Under the pieces are notes generated by a model. That model saw only the letters and a program-made list of their open reading frames with translations, ran no database searches and had not been told where the DNA came from. From the NCBI GenBank assembly GCA_964488935.1, contig CAZAVF010000002.1:1-59229 (forward strand): a DNA stretch of 59,229 nt. Direction: 5' to 3'. The position numbers and the translations under genes are program-made. The first letter of the stretch is position 1. Each line of letters opens with the position of its first letter. Of the stretch, positions 1 through 9,132 are shown piece by piece. The DNA is from an uncultured Planctomycetales bacterium (lineage in GTDB: Bacteria; Omnitrophota; Gorgyraeia; Gygaellales; Profunditerraquicolaceae).

Positions 1-839
1 GAGCTATGGGGATTACTTTCGAAGAGGCGGATTTTTTCATGCGCGGATTCCGCCAGACCGGGGCGATCGAGCGCAGCGTGCTCTACATAAACCTCGCCAA
101 CGACCCGGCCATCGAAAGGATATCGACCCCGCGCCTGGCGCTCACCGCCGCGGAATACCTGGCCTTCGATCTGGACATGCACGTTCTGGTAATACTCATA
201 GACATGACTTTTTACTGCGAGTCGCTGCGAGAGGTCTCCGCGGCCAGAAAAGAGATCCCCGGCAGGCGCGGCTACCCGGGGTATCTCTATACAGACCTGG
301 CCACTCTTTACGAGCGCGCAGGCAGGATAAAGGACAAAAAGGGCTCCATAACTCTTTTGCCGGTCCTGACCATGCCCGAGGACGACAAGACGCATCCCAT
401 TCCCGACCTTACCGGTTATATCACGGAAGGCCAGATAATCCTGGCCAGAGACCTGCACCGTAAAGGTATATATCCTCCGGTGGACGTTCTCCCGAGTCTA
501 TCCCGCCTGAAAGACAAAGGTATAGGCAGGGGCAAGACCAGGGAAGACCACTCCGACGTGCTGAACCAGCTTTTCGCCTGTTACGCAAAGGGCAAGGAGG
601 CGCGGGAACTGGCGGTGATCCTCGGCGAAGCCGCGCTTTCCGAACTGGACAAATTATATCTGCAGTTCGCCGCTTCCTTCGAGGAGAGGTTCGTGCGCCA
701 GGGGGAGGACGAGGACCGGGGCATAGAGGCGACCCTGGAGCTGGGGTGGGAACTTCTGCGCAAACTGCCGCGCCAGGAACTGAAACGCATCCGGCAGGAA
801 TATCTGGATAAATATTACGGAGCAAAAGAGCAAGCATGA
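1..839 (+). CDS. atpB: V/A-type ATP synthase subunit B, C-terminal part (5' end lies outside the window)
   Basis: The reading frame is open to the window edge. The translation ...[65 protein letters not shown]... matches the conserved V/A-ATPase B-subunit core. It is followed by subunit D with an ATGA stop/start overlap. Confidence 0.9.
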   Translation, partial: AMGITFEEADFFMRGFRQTGAIERSVLYINLANDPAIERISTPRLALTAAEYLAFDLDMHVLVILIDMTFYCESLREVSAARKEIPGRRGYPGYLYTDLATLYERAGRIKDKKGSITLLPVLTMPEDDKTHPIPDLTGYITEGQIILARDLHRKGIYPPVDVLPSLSRLKDKGIGRGKTREDHSDVLNQLFACYAKGKEARELAVILGEAALSELDKLYLQFAASFEERFVRQGEDEDRGIEATLELGWELLRKLPRQELKRIRQEYLDKYYGAKEQA

Positions 840-1456
840 TCCTGCGCGTTAACCCTAACAGAATGGAATTGCTGCGGCTGCGGCGCAGGCTGGCGCTGGC
901 CAGGCGCGGGCACAAACTTCTCCAGGACAAGCTGGAGGAGATGATGCGCAGGTTCATGCTGATGCTGAAGGAGATAGACACCGCCAAAGAGGAATTCCGC
1001 GTCAAGACGGCGGGGACGCTGCGCGCGCTCACTTACTGCCGGATCACCTCTTCTCCGGAACAGTTCCTGTCGGCGGCGGGAAAAGTGGATGTCGATCTGC
1101 GTCTTGATGTCTCCAGGTCCAGGATCATGAACGTGAGCGTCCCGGCGCTCAGGCTGGAAGGGCTGTCCGTGAGCAGACATTATCCGCTGCTGGGGATCTC
1201 CGGGGAGTTCGACCTGGCCGTGGATTCCTCAAGGGACTATATTCAGGCCATATTGAAGCTTGCCGGTATATTCAAATCGCTGGAGATACTTGCCGACGAG
1301 ATCGAGCGCACCAGGCGCCGCGTGAACGCCCTGGAATACATGTTGATCCCTTCATTGCGGGACACCATACGCTATATCACCCAGAAACTCAACGAGATCG
1401 AGCGCGGCAATCTGACCCGTCTCATGCGCGTGAAGGATATCGTGCGGGCGCATTGA
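836..1456 (+). CDS. atpD: V/A-type ATP synthase subunit D
   Basis: 206 aa. The N-terminus [37 protein letters not shown] is the typical coiled-coil subunit D signature. The start overlaps the subunit B stop. Confidence 0.9.
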   Translation: MILRVNPNRMELLRLRRRLALARRGHKLLQDKLEEMMRRFMLMLKEIDTAKEEFRVKTAGTLRALTYCRITSSPEQFLSAAGKVDVDLRLDVSRSRIMNVSVPALRLEGLSVSRHYPLLGISGEFDLAVDSSRDYIQAILKLAGIFKSLEILADEIERTRRRVNALEYMLIPSLRDTIRYITQKLNEIERGNLTRLMRVKDIVRAH

Positions 1457-1485
1457 CAGCGGCGGATTTATAAATTATACTTGTT

Positions 1486-1520
1486 TCTCTGCGGGGGGAT
1501 ACGGTTCCCGCTCCGCAGAG
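1486..1520 (+). terminator. Imperfect GC-rich hairpin after the ATPase operon (possible terminator, no clear U-tract)
   Basis: CTCTGCGG(GGGGA TACGGT TCCCG)CTCCGCAGAG inverted repeat 30 nt after the atpD stop. No T-run follows, so the terminator call is weak. Confidence 0.3.
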
Positions 1521-1604
1521 GGCGGTTGGCGCGGCCCCGGCATCCAAGGTCCGGATAATAGCCGCTCAGGAAAAAGCCGGGACCGGTGCCGTATATAAGC
1601 TTCA

Positions 1605-1678
1605 GGGCGATTAGCTCAGTTGGTTAGAGCATCTGCTTTACACGCAGAGGGTCAGGGGTTCAAGTCCTCTATCGCCCA
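1605..1678 (+). tRNA. tRNA-Val (anticodon TAC)
   Basis: Hand-folded cloverleaf. Acceptor GGGCGAT/ATCGCCC; D arm GCTC-AGTTGGTTA-GAGC; anticodon stem TCTGC/GCAGA with loop TTTACAC; T arm AGGGG-TTCAAGT-CCTCT; discriminator A. No CCA is encoded. Confidence 0.9.
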
Positions 1679-1808
1679 TTTTTATTTTTCTGCCCGTTCA
1701 TAACGGGAGAACCGCGCAAGCCGGCCCCGGCACAGGTGCCGGCAGGAATTCATCTCTCTGCGCGGCAAGATGTTGCGGCGATGCCCGCCTTCGCGGTTAA
1801 ACAAAAGA

Positions 1809-1836
1809 TTGCAAAAATCCGGAATTGGGGTATAAT
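1809..1836 (+). promoter_or_regulatory. Sigma70-like promoter upstream of tRNA-Asp
   Basis: TTGCAA (1809-1814), 16-nt spacer, TATAAT (1831-1836), about 22 nt upstream of the mature tRNA 5' end. Confidence 0.55.
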
Positions 1837-1857
1837 AGCAACCATTCTGTAATTTTA

Positions 1858-1933
1858 GGGGTCGTAGTGTAGTCTGGTTTAACACGTCGCCCTGTCACGG
1901 CGAAGATCGCGAGTTCAAATCTCGTCGACCCCG
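1858..1933 (+). tRNA. tRNA-Asp (anticodon GTC)
   Basis: Hand-folded cloverleaf. Acceptor GGGGTCG/CGACCCC; D arm GTGT-AGTCTGGTTTA-ACAC; anticodon stem TCGCC/GGCGA with loop CTGTCAC; T arm GCGAG-TTCAAAT-CTCGT; discriminator G. Confidence 0.9.
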
Positions 1934-2107
1934 TTATTATACTGCCGAAGTAAGAGACAACGGAGAGATAGCAAGAACTATTAAGGAACCGCTCTTTCCT
2001 CCGGCGCCCGCCTTCTCCTTTTTTCCTTCTTATCGTAGAAATACAGTAAAAACCGGTCCTGCCCGGGGTCTCTCTATGATATAATACGGGGAACAGGAGG
2101 GAACAAC

Positions 2108-2428
2108 ATGGCTAGCATAGATGATTTCAAAAAGCTTGAATTCAGGATCGCCGAGATAAAAGAGGCCGTCGAGCATCCGCAGGCGGACAGGCTTTACGTG
2201 CTGAAGGTCGACGTGGGGGGCAGCGAGAAACAGATCGTCGCCGGCATACGCGCCGGTTACGGCAAGGAAGACCTGGTCGGGAAACAGGTCGTGCTGGTGA
2301 ATAATCTCGAGCCCGCGGTGCTGCGCGGAGTGGAGAGCCAGGGTATGCTGCTGGCGGCTTCTGATGAACAGGGGGTATGTCTGGTGTCCCCTCTGCGCAA
2401 GGTAGCCCCGGGCAGCGTGGTGAAATGA
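2108..2428 (+). CDS. Stand-alone tRNA-binding domain protein (CsaA/Trbp111 / MetRS C-terminal-domain-like OB fold)
   Basis: 106 aa. FRIAEIKEAVEHPQADRLYVLKVDVGG..KQIVAGI...LVGKQVVLVNNLEPAVLRGVESQGMLLAA is the canonical tRNA_bind pattern. AGGAGG RBS lies 7 nt upstream, with an extended -10 TGATATAAT at about 2079-2087. Confidence 0.85.
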   Translation: MASIDDFKKLEFRIAEIKEAVEHPQADRLYVLKVDVGGSEKQIVAGIRAGYGKEDLVGKQVVLVNNLEPAVLRGVESQGMLLAASDEQGVCLVSPLRKVAPGSVVK

Positions 2429-2922
2429 TCGGGCAGCTGCCGGGCAGCGATGTTTGCCTGAAATGCCGGGGGTGCTGCCGTTTCCGGGAGAAGAATTCCG
2501 TCTGGACCCCTCTCCTGAGCAGCGAGGAGCGGGACCGCGTTTCCATGTCCTTCCCCGGGGAGGAACTCGTTGCCGGGGGGAGACTCTCCACCGTCCCGGC
2601 CCCCGAAGAAGGCCTTCATTATTGCGCTCTTTTTTCCCCTTCCGGGAATTCCTGCCGGTTTTATTCCCGCCGCCCGCTGGAGTGCCGGCTCTATCCTTTC
2701 TTGATCAACCTCGACCCGGGCAGCGGCAGGGTTTTTCTCTGCGTGGACACCAACTGTCCGTTCGCCGCCGAGCATTACAACGACGCATCTTTCCGCGAAT
2801 ACGCCTCTTGTCTGGCGGATTATCTTAATTCTCCCGAGATACTGGAGCTCTTTCGCAGGGAGAGGCGGCTGCTTCAATCGTATCCGGGAAAGATGCCGGA
2901 GTTTGCCGAGATCAGGGTTTAA
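2425..2922 (+). CDS. YkgJ-family cysteine-cluster protein (CxxCxxCC, UPF0153)
   Basis: CLKCRGCCRF motif near the N-terminus plus later Cys residues. I moved the start to the internal ATG at 2425, which gives an ATGA overlap with the upstream stop; the 2377 start in the ORF track would overlap the upstream gene by 52 nt. Confidence 0.7.
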   Translation: MIGQLPGSDVCLKCRGCCRFREKNSVWTPLLSSEERDRVSMSFPGEELVAGGRLSTVPAPEEGLHYCALFSPSGNSCRFYSRRPLECRLYPFLINLDPGSGRVFLCVDTNCPFAAEHYNDASFREYASCLADYLNSPEILELFRRERRLLQSYPGKMPEFAEIRV

Positions 2923-2924
2923 CG

Positions 2925-3830
2925 ATGGACCCGACCGAGCTCCTACCGGGACACAAACCGCGCCTGCAGGAATATTTGCGTCTTTCCAGCGGCTGCCGCC
3001 TGAGCGCTTACGCCGCGGAGAACATCTACATCTGGAGCGGGCTTTACCGGATCAGTTGGACGATAGTGGAGGGCTGTCTCTGCGTTTTTTTCGAGGACGG
3101 GACCGGGCGGTTCCTTTATCTCCCGCCGCTGGGGAAAGATGAGGGGGGCAGGAGGGAAGCGGCGCGCAGAAGTTTTCTTTATATGCGCGGGAAGAACGGG
3201 GACTCCGGCGGGATCTCCAGGATCGAGAACGTTCCGGGTGAAATGCTCGCCTCTTTCGGCGACGGTTATCTGTCCCGGCCGTCGATGCGCGAATATATTT
3301 GTTCCAGGGAAGAACTGGCGGAATTGCGCGGCAACGCCTTCAAACACAAGCGCGCCTGCTGTAATCATTTCGCAGTAAATCACAGGTACGAATACCGCGA
3401 TTTCCGTTCGGCCGCGCGCGAGGAGATAGACGAACTTTTCGGCACCTGGGCCGGACAACGCAGGAAGAAGCATGACAGGGTGTACGAGGGGATGATCGCC
3501 GACTCCCGCCTGGCGCTGAATAAGGCGCTGCAGGCTTCCGGCGTTCTCGATTACAGGGGGGGGGCGCTTTTCGCGGAGGGGAGGCTTAAAGGGTTCACTC
3601 TCGGTTACGCCCTGGACGCCGACACCTTCTGCGTGCTTTACGAATTCACCGATCTTTCCTGCAGGGGCGCCGCGCAGTTCATTTTTCGGGAATTCTGCCG
3701 CAGCCTGAACGGATACCGGTGCATAAACGTGATGGACGATTCCGGACTGGAGAACCTGCGCAGGGTGAAGATGTCTTACCGCCCGCGCGAGATCCTGCAG
3801 GCATATTCCGTCTTCCCCGCGGGGGCATAA
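2925..3830 (+). CDS. DUF2156-family protein (fold of the MprF/LysX C-terminal aminoacyl-tRNA-dependent transferase domain)
   Basis: 301 aa. The N-terminal pattern ...LSAYAAENIYIWSGLYRISWTIVEGCLCVFFED..GRFLYLPPLG resembles the DUF2156 N-terminus (x-y-s-F-x-N-l-y-i-W...pP-G). Recognised from memory only. Confidence 0.55.
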   Translation: MDPTELLPGHKPRLQEYLRLSSGCRLSAYAAENIYIWSGLYRISWTIVEGCLCVFFEDGTGRFLYLPPLGKDEGGRREAARRSFLYMRGKNGDSGGISRIENVPGEMLASFGDGYLSRPSMREYICSREELAELRGNAFKHKRACCNHFAVNHRYEYRDFRSAAREEIDELFGTWAGQRRKKHDRVYEGMIADSRLALNKALQASGVLDYRGGALFAEGRLKGFTLGYALDADTFCVLYEFTDLSCRGAAQFIFREFCRSLNGYRCINVMDDSGLENLRRVKMSYRPREILQAYSVFPAGA

Positions 3831-3902
3831 AATAACTATGCAACCGGCGGCTAAAGAGATAAAATGTAGGACAAAAGCGGCAGTGATCCCAACCAGTCTA
3901 TT

Positions 3903-6266
3903 ATGACAGATAAAAGTCGTATAATACCGGCAGTTATGTCGGCCGCGGGCGCGGCGTTGCTGTTTTTCGCCGCCGGCTGCGGTGACGGATCTCCCGTTTC
4001 CGAAGCGCGGAATTATGTCTACCGCTCCGATGTCTTCTATAAACGCGCGGCGGCCCTTTACCGCAGCATAAAGGGGCCGCAGGCGAGGCTGGAGCTGGGG
4101 AGTCTCTATTTCTCTCGGGGGGAATACGAGCAGGCGGCCGCGGAATTGTCCGGCCTGGATTTCCCGGAGGCTCAGCGCATGCTGGCCATGTCTTATTTCC
4201 GTTCCGGAGACTTTACCGGCGCCCTGGAAATATTCAAAAAGAATCCCGGCGGTGAGGGGGAGTATTTATATTATTACGGGCGGACCTGCGAGAAACTTAA
4301 TCTGTTCGACGACGCGCTTTCCGTTTACAGGAAGATAAAGTCCGGGAGATTCCTGGCCCTTGCCTCCGAAAGGGTGGGATCCATCGCCAAGTCCGCCGAA
4401 TCCGGCAAGGCCGGCGGGGAGATGCGCGCCCTGATAGCCGCGTCGGGAGGGCAGGCCGAGTACCCGGAGGCAGGAGCCCTGATCCTGTTCGCCCGTGAGT
4501 CGATGGAGATCACCCCGGACAACAGGGAGATCAGCGGCTGTCATTACGCGGTGAAGATATTGAACCAGCGCGGCAAAGAGGATTTCTCGGAGGCCAAGAT
4601 AGAGTATGACTCCACCTACGAGAAAGTGGAGCTGGAATTCGCGCGGGTGATCAAGCCGGACGGTTCGATGGTCGAGGTCGGAGAAAGGCACCTGCGGGAT
4701 GTTTCTAAATACCTGAATTTCCCGCTCTACAGCAATGCCAGGGTGCTCATTATTTCCTTCCCGGAGATAGGGGAAGGCGCGGTCATAGAATATAAATTCC
4801 GTATAGTGCGCAGCGAACTTCTGGCGGGGAAGGAATTCGTCGCTCATTATCCGGTAAAGAGCTCGGAACCGGTACTGCGCGCCGATTTCTCCCTGCGTCT
4901 TCCCGCCGGCAGGGAGGCTAAAATAAAGCTGTTGAACGAGCCGTTCAACGATTCCGGGGCCAAGCTTGCCCCCGCCGTGGAGAGGGATGAGGATTCGGTG
5001 GTCTACAGGTGGAGTTTCCGTTCCATCCCGCAGATAATCCCGGAACCGCAGATGCCGCCCTCCGCGGAGATAAATCCCTCCGTGCTGATATCCTCCTTTT
5101 CCTCCTGGCGGGAGATATACGATTGGTGGGACGCTCTTTCCCGGGACAAGACCGTAAGCGACGAAGCCGTCCGCCGCAAGGTGAAAGAGCTGCTGCGTAA
5201 ATGCCGATCCGACGAGGAGAAAGCCCGGGCGGTCTATAATTATTGCGCCGGGCAGATCAGGTACGTGGCCGTGGAATACGGGCAGGCCGGCTACGAGCCG
5301 CACAATGCCGGGGACATCTTCCGCAATAAATACGGGGATTGCAAGGACCAGGCGGTGCTGCTGGTGACCATGCTGCGCGAAGCCGGTCTGAAGGCGTGGC
5401 TGGTGCTGATACCCACGCAGGATACCTATAACCTGAACCCGGATTTTCCGGCGGTCATTTTCGACCACTGCATCGCGGCGGTCGATTTGAACGGCGGGCC
5501 GGTGTTCATGGACCCCACGGCCGAGACCTGTTCTTTCGGGGACCTTCCCCCCGCGGACCAGGCGCGCAGAGTGCTGGTTTTCCGCTCTGCAGGCTGCGAG
5601 ATCGCCGAGACCCCTCTTTTTCCGGCGGCGCATAATCTGCTTGTGCAGGGATTGAAGATATTTCCGCAGAAGCAATACGGGATATCGGCCTTGAGGACGG
5701 TCTCCGCCTGCGGAGTCTACGGTCAGGGCCAGAGATACTGGCTGCAGTATACCCAGCCGGATATGATCAAGCAGTCGCTTACCCAGCGGGTCCAGGAGAT
5801 CGCCGTGGGCGCGGAACTTGAGAAGTACGACATCTCCGGCCTGAATAACCTGGACCTTCCGGTGGTCCTGAGTTATTCATTCCGCGGGGGGGATTATTTC
5901 ATACCCGCGGGGGATCTGCGCATCCTTCCACAGATGGCCTCCGCGGACACCTCCCTGACGGCGAGGGAAAAGCGGACCTACGATATAGAATTCGATATGC
6001 TGGACCGCCGGGAGAGCGCGCAGGAGATCGTCCTGCCCGCCGGCTGGAAGGTCAGATACCTGCCCGGGAGTTTCAGCGAGGACAGCCCGTGGGTGAGGGT
6101 GGACGTTGAATATTCCGTCAAGGGGGACAGCCTTTTCTTCCGGCAGAAGACGGAGCTCAAACGCCGAAGGATACCGGCCGCCGAATACGGGGATTTCCGG
6201 GAATTCTGCCGGCGGCTGGCGTTGAGGACTAAAGAGCGCGTGGTGCTCGAAGAGGACAGAAGATGA
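3903..6266 (+). CDS. Lipoprotein with TPR-like N-terminus, DUF3857-like region and transglutaminase-like cysteine protease core
   Basis: Signal peptide with lipobox LLFFAAGC. The motif NKYGDCKDQAVLLVTMLREAGLKAWLVL is the transglutaminase-core Cys motif. 787 aa. Confidence 0.75.
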   Translation: MTDKSRIIPAVMSAAGAALLFFAAGCGDGSPVSEARNYVYRSDVFYKRAAALYRSIKGPQARLELGSLYFSRGEYEQAAAELSGLDFPEAQRMLAMSYFRSGDFTGALEIFKKNPGGEGEYLYYYGRTCEKLNLFDDALSVYRKIKSGRFLALASERVGSIAKSAESGKAGGEMRALIAASGGQAEYPEAGALILFARESMEITPDNREISGCHYAVKILNQRGKEDFSEAKIEYDSTYEKVELEFARVIKPDGSMVEVGERHLRDVSKYLNFPLYSNARVLIISFPEIGEGAVIEYKFRIVRSELLAGKEFVAHYPVKSSEPVLRADFSLRLPAGREAKIKLLNEPFNDSGAKLAPAVERDEDSVVYRWSFRSIPQIIPEPQMPPSAEINPSVLISSFSSWREIYDWWDALSRDKTVSDEAVRRKVKELLRKCRSDEEKARAVYNYCAGQIRYVAVEYGQAGYEPHNAGDIFRNKYGDCKDQAVLLVTMLREAGLKAWLVLIPTQDTYNLNPDFPAVIFDHCIAAVDLNGGPVFMDPTAETCSFGDLPPADQARRVLVFRSAGCEIAETPLFPAAHNLLVQGLKIFPQKQYGISALRTVSACGVYGQGQRYWLQYTQPDMIKQSLTQRVQEIAVGAELEKYDISGLNNLDLPVVLSYSFRGGDYFIPAGDLRILPQMASADTSLTAREKRTYDIEFDMLDRRESAQEIVLPAGWKVRYLPGSFSEDSPWVRVDVEYSVKGDSLFFRQKTELKRRRIPAAEYGDFREFCRRLALRTKERVVLEEDRR

Positions 6267-8188
6267 CTCAGCAGCAGAAGAGCCAGGCCGATCAGGAACG
6301 CAGGCAATATATACGTCTTGATTCCGTGCTGCCGGTGCAGTTCCGCGTTTTCGGCAGGGACAAGAAGGAATATTCTGCGGATTGGCTGCAGGGATTTACC
6401 AGCGACATCAGCAAGGGCGGCATTTGTCTTGCCGTCAACAATCCTTCCCGCCAGCTGCTGGAATTCGTCTCGGACCCCCAGGCGGAACTGGAGCTGGTCA
6501 TAGAGATCCCACTGATAAAGACTCCGGTCACCGCCAGCGGCCGGGTCGCCTGGGTCAAGGAAGTCCCCGGCCAGGGACGCAAATGCCTGCTGGGGCTCAT
6601 ATACGAGAAGATCGACGAGGGGCAGAACGACCGTATCATGCGGTACGCCATAACGAAAAAGGTCATTTTCCCCTCTTCGGTGGCGGCGATTGTTCTCCTC
6701 GGTCTGTTCCTGGGCGTCAACAGCTATATGAACATGAGGCTGTTGAAGGGGAATAAGATGCTGGTCAAACAGCTGGTCACCATCCTGCAGGAATCGGTGA
6801 TGGCCAAACAGAAGATAAGCGATATAAGCAAGGAAAAACAGGACCTGCAGCTCAAGATGCAGGCCCTGCAGGTGCGCATGGATTCTCTGGAAGAGGAACG
6901 CCGGAAAGAGAGCGAGGAGAAACGCAAGGCGGAGAAACTTACCGCGGCGCTCAACGACCTGACAAAAGAGAAAAATGAGCTGCAGGCGCAGTTGATAATC
7001 CTTCAGCATAAAGAAAGCAAGGTCACGGAGGAACTGCTGCAGCTGGACAAGCAGCGGACCGAGGTGGAGAAGGCCAATTTCGACAAGATATATCACTGGC
7101 TGACGGTCCATCAGAATCCGAGGACCGGGCTGGTGATGAGTTTCGAAGGCGACGATTCCCTGAAGGACTGGGCCTTCATCTACGACCAGTCGCTGGCCAT
7201 GCAGGCTTATTTATTGTTCTCCGACACGGAGAGGGCCAAGAGCATGCTTGATTTCTTCTCCAGGAAAGCCAGGCGCGGGGACGGGCTCTTCTACAACGCC
7301 TATTACGCCGACGACGGCTCGCCGGCGGAATACGTGGTCCACTGCGGGCCGAACATCTGGCTCGGTATAGCGGCGCTTCATTACACCGACAGGACGGGAG
7401 ACAGATCGTACCTGCCCCTGGCCGAGGAGATATATGCCGGCGTGATGAAAATGCAGGGCGCCGACGGCGGGCTGCGCGGCGGACCGGGGGTGGAATGGTT
7501 CTCCACCGAGCATAACCTGGACGCCTATTCTTTCTGCAACATGCTCTATAAAATTACGGGGGACGCCAAGTATCTCGTCGGCAGGGACAAGATCCTGAAC
7601 TGGCTGGTGGTCAACACTTATAACCGCGGCGATATCCCGATAAACCGGGGCAAGGGGGATTCCACGATAGCCACCGATACCTACGCCTGGGCGATCGCAG
7701 CCGTGGGCCCGTCCCAGCTGGAGGCCGTGGGGATGAATCCCGACAAGATCATGGAATTCGCCGAAGAGCATTGCGCGGTGGAGGCGGAATACGTAAAGCA
7801 GGATAACCGGACGGTCATGATCAAAGGGTTCGATTTCTCCGCAGCGGAGCACCTCGCCCGCGGCGGGGTGGTATCTTCCGAGTGGACCGCCCAGATGATA
7901 CTGGCATTCCGTATCATGGCCGATTTCTACGGCGCCAAGGGCGTGGATTCGAAAGTCCAGATGTACGAGGCGAAAGCGGACGAGTATTTGAACGGGCTGG
8001 TCAATCTTATCGTCACCAGCCCTTCTCCCTCCGGCCAGGGGCAGAGCTGCCTGCCTTATGCCACCCAAGACTGCGTGGACACCGGCCACGGCTGGACATC
8101 CCCTAAGGGCAAGTGCACAGGTTCGGTCTCCGGCACCGCATACACTCTTTTCGCCTATTACCGTTACAACCCGCTGGAAATAAAATAA
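6263..8188 (+). CDS. PilZ domain - TM - coiled coil - C-terminal (alpha/alpha)6-barrel-like domain protein
   Basis: Canonical c-di-GMP-binding PilZ motifs RxxxR (RQYIR, aa 14-18) and DxSxxG (DISKGG, aa 48-53). Hydrophobic segment VIFPSSVAAIVLLGLFLGV. Heptad-rich region LQLKMQALQVRMDSLEEERRKESEEKRK... The C-terminal approximately 350 aa is rich in W/Y/G-D repeats, as in six-hairpin glycosidase folds. Confidence 0.75.
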   Translation: MTQQQKSQADQERRQYIRLDSVLPVQFRVFGRDKKEYSADWLQGFTSDISKGGICLAVNNPSRQLLEFVSDPQAELELVIEIPLIKTPVTASGRVAWVKEVPGQGRKCLLGLIYEKIDEGQNDRIMRYAITKKVIFPSSVAAIVLLGLFLGVNSYMNMRLLKGNKMLVKQLVTILQESVMAKQKISDISKEKQDLQLKMQALQVRMDSLEEERRKESEEKRKAEKLTAALNDLTKEKNELQAQLIILQHKESKVTEELLQLDKQRTEVEKANFDKIYHWLTVHQNPRTGLVMSFEGDDSLKDWAFIYDQSLAMQAYLLFSDTERAKSMLDFFSRKARRGDGLFYNAYYADDGSPAEYVVHCGPNIWLGIAALHYTDRTGDRSYLPLAEEIYAGVMKMQGADGGLRGGPGVEWFSTEHNLDAYSFCNMLYKITGDAKYLVGRDKILNWLVVNTYNRGDIPINRGKGDSTIATDTYAWAIAAVGPSQLEAVGMNPDKIMEFAEEHCAVEAEYVKQDNRTVMIKGFDFSAAEHLARGGVVSSEWTAQMILAFRIMADFYGAKGVDSKVQMYEAKADEYLNGLVNLIVTSPSPSGQGQSCLPYATQDCVDTGHGWTSPKGKCTGSVSGTAYTLFAYYRYNPLEIK

Positions 8189-8196
8189 GCACCGTC

Positions 8197-8835
8197 ATGA
8201 GAAGACGTCTCAATACCGTTTACCGCAGGCTTTTCGCCTGTTTCGGCAGCCAGCACTGGTGGCCTGCGAAGACGCCGCTGGAAGTAGCCGTCGGCGCCGT
8301 GTTGACGCAGAATACCAGCTGGCGCAACGTGGAGAGGGCGATCTCCAATCTGCGGAAGGCAAGGGCGCTTTCTTTCAGGGCCTTGCGCGGTCTGCCGCGG
8401 GAGCGGCTTTCGGCCTTGATACGGCCGGCAGGATATTATAATATAAAGGCCGCCCGGCTGGCCTGTCTGGTGGAGTTTTTCGACAGGGAATACGGCGGCG
8501 ATCTGGGCAGGGCGGGAAATACCGCTACCGGGGAACTGCGCGAGCGGCTGCTTGCCGTTAAAGGGATCGGCCCGGAAACAGCCGATTCAATACTTCTTTA
8601 CGCTTTCAACAGGCCGGTGTTCGTGGTGGACGCCTATACACGCAGGTTCGCTTTGAGGCACGGCTTCCTGTCCGGCGATGAGGACTATACGGCGGTGCAA
8701 AAATTGTTTATGCATAATCTGAAATGTGATGTAAAATTATTCAATGAATATCACGCCTTGATCGTGCGTTTGAACAAGGATTTCTGCCGCAAAAACGACC
8801 CTTTATGCGGCAATTGCCCTTTAAAAGAGGTGTGA
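8197..8835 (+). CDS. Endonuclease III-related HhH-GPD family protein
   Basis: WWPAKTPLEVAVGAVLTQNTSWRNVERAI...LLAVKGIGPETADSILLYAF..PVFVVDAYTRR pattern, with a C-terminal Cys pair (CGNCP). The start was moved to the ATG at 8197, just after the upstream stop. Confidence 0.8.
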   Translation: MRRRLNTVYRRLFACFGSQHWWPAKTPLEVAVGAVLTQNTSWRNVERAISNLRKARALSFRALRGLPRERLSALIRPAGYYNIKAARLACLVEFFDREYGGDLGRAGNTATGELRERLLAVKGIGPETADSILLYAFNRPVFVVDAYTRRFALRHGFLSGDEDYTAVQKLFMHNLKCDVKLFNEYHALIVRLNKDFCRKNDPLCGNCPLKEV

Positions 8836-8856
8836 GCGGCGGAGAGCCGCAGCAAA

Positions 8857-9075
8857 ATGCCTATATATGAATATAATTGCCGGGATTGCGGCAGGCGTTC
8901 CGAGTGCTTCCTGCGCAGTCCCGGGGAAGAACCGGTATGCCAGTGGTGCGGCGGCCGTGACCTGGAGCGGCTCGTTTCGCGTTTCGCCTTCAAGTCCGGT
9001 CCTTCGTCGGAAGGCCGTTCGTCCGGAGGTTGCAGCGGATGTTCCGGCGGAAATTGTTCAACGTGCGGGCATTAA
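8857..9075 (+). CDS. FmdB-family zinc-ribbon protein (CxxC...CxxC)
   Basis: MPIYEYNCRDCG....CQWCGG..LERLVS is the signature N-terminus of the FmdB/CxxC_CxxC_SSSS family. The tail is Gly/Ser/Cys-rich. Confidence 0.85.
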   Translation: MPIYEYNCRDCGRRSECFLRSPGEEPVCQWCGGRDLERLVSRFAFKSGPSSEGRSSGGCSGCSGGNCSTCGH

Positions 9076-9132
9076 GCCCCTCCGCACTATCGCAGGGATG
9101 ATAAAACGGGGAATGAACTACAGAGGCAAGAG

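Noticed and set aside
1605-1933. tRNA genes as a possible integration hotspot or genomic-island border.
   Set aside because: No integrase, transposase, direct repeat of a tRNA 3' end, or compositional break was seen downstream. The neighbouring genes look like ordinary chromosomal genes.
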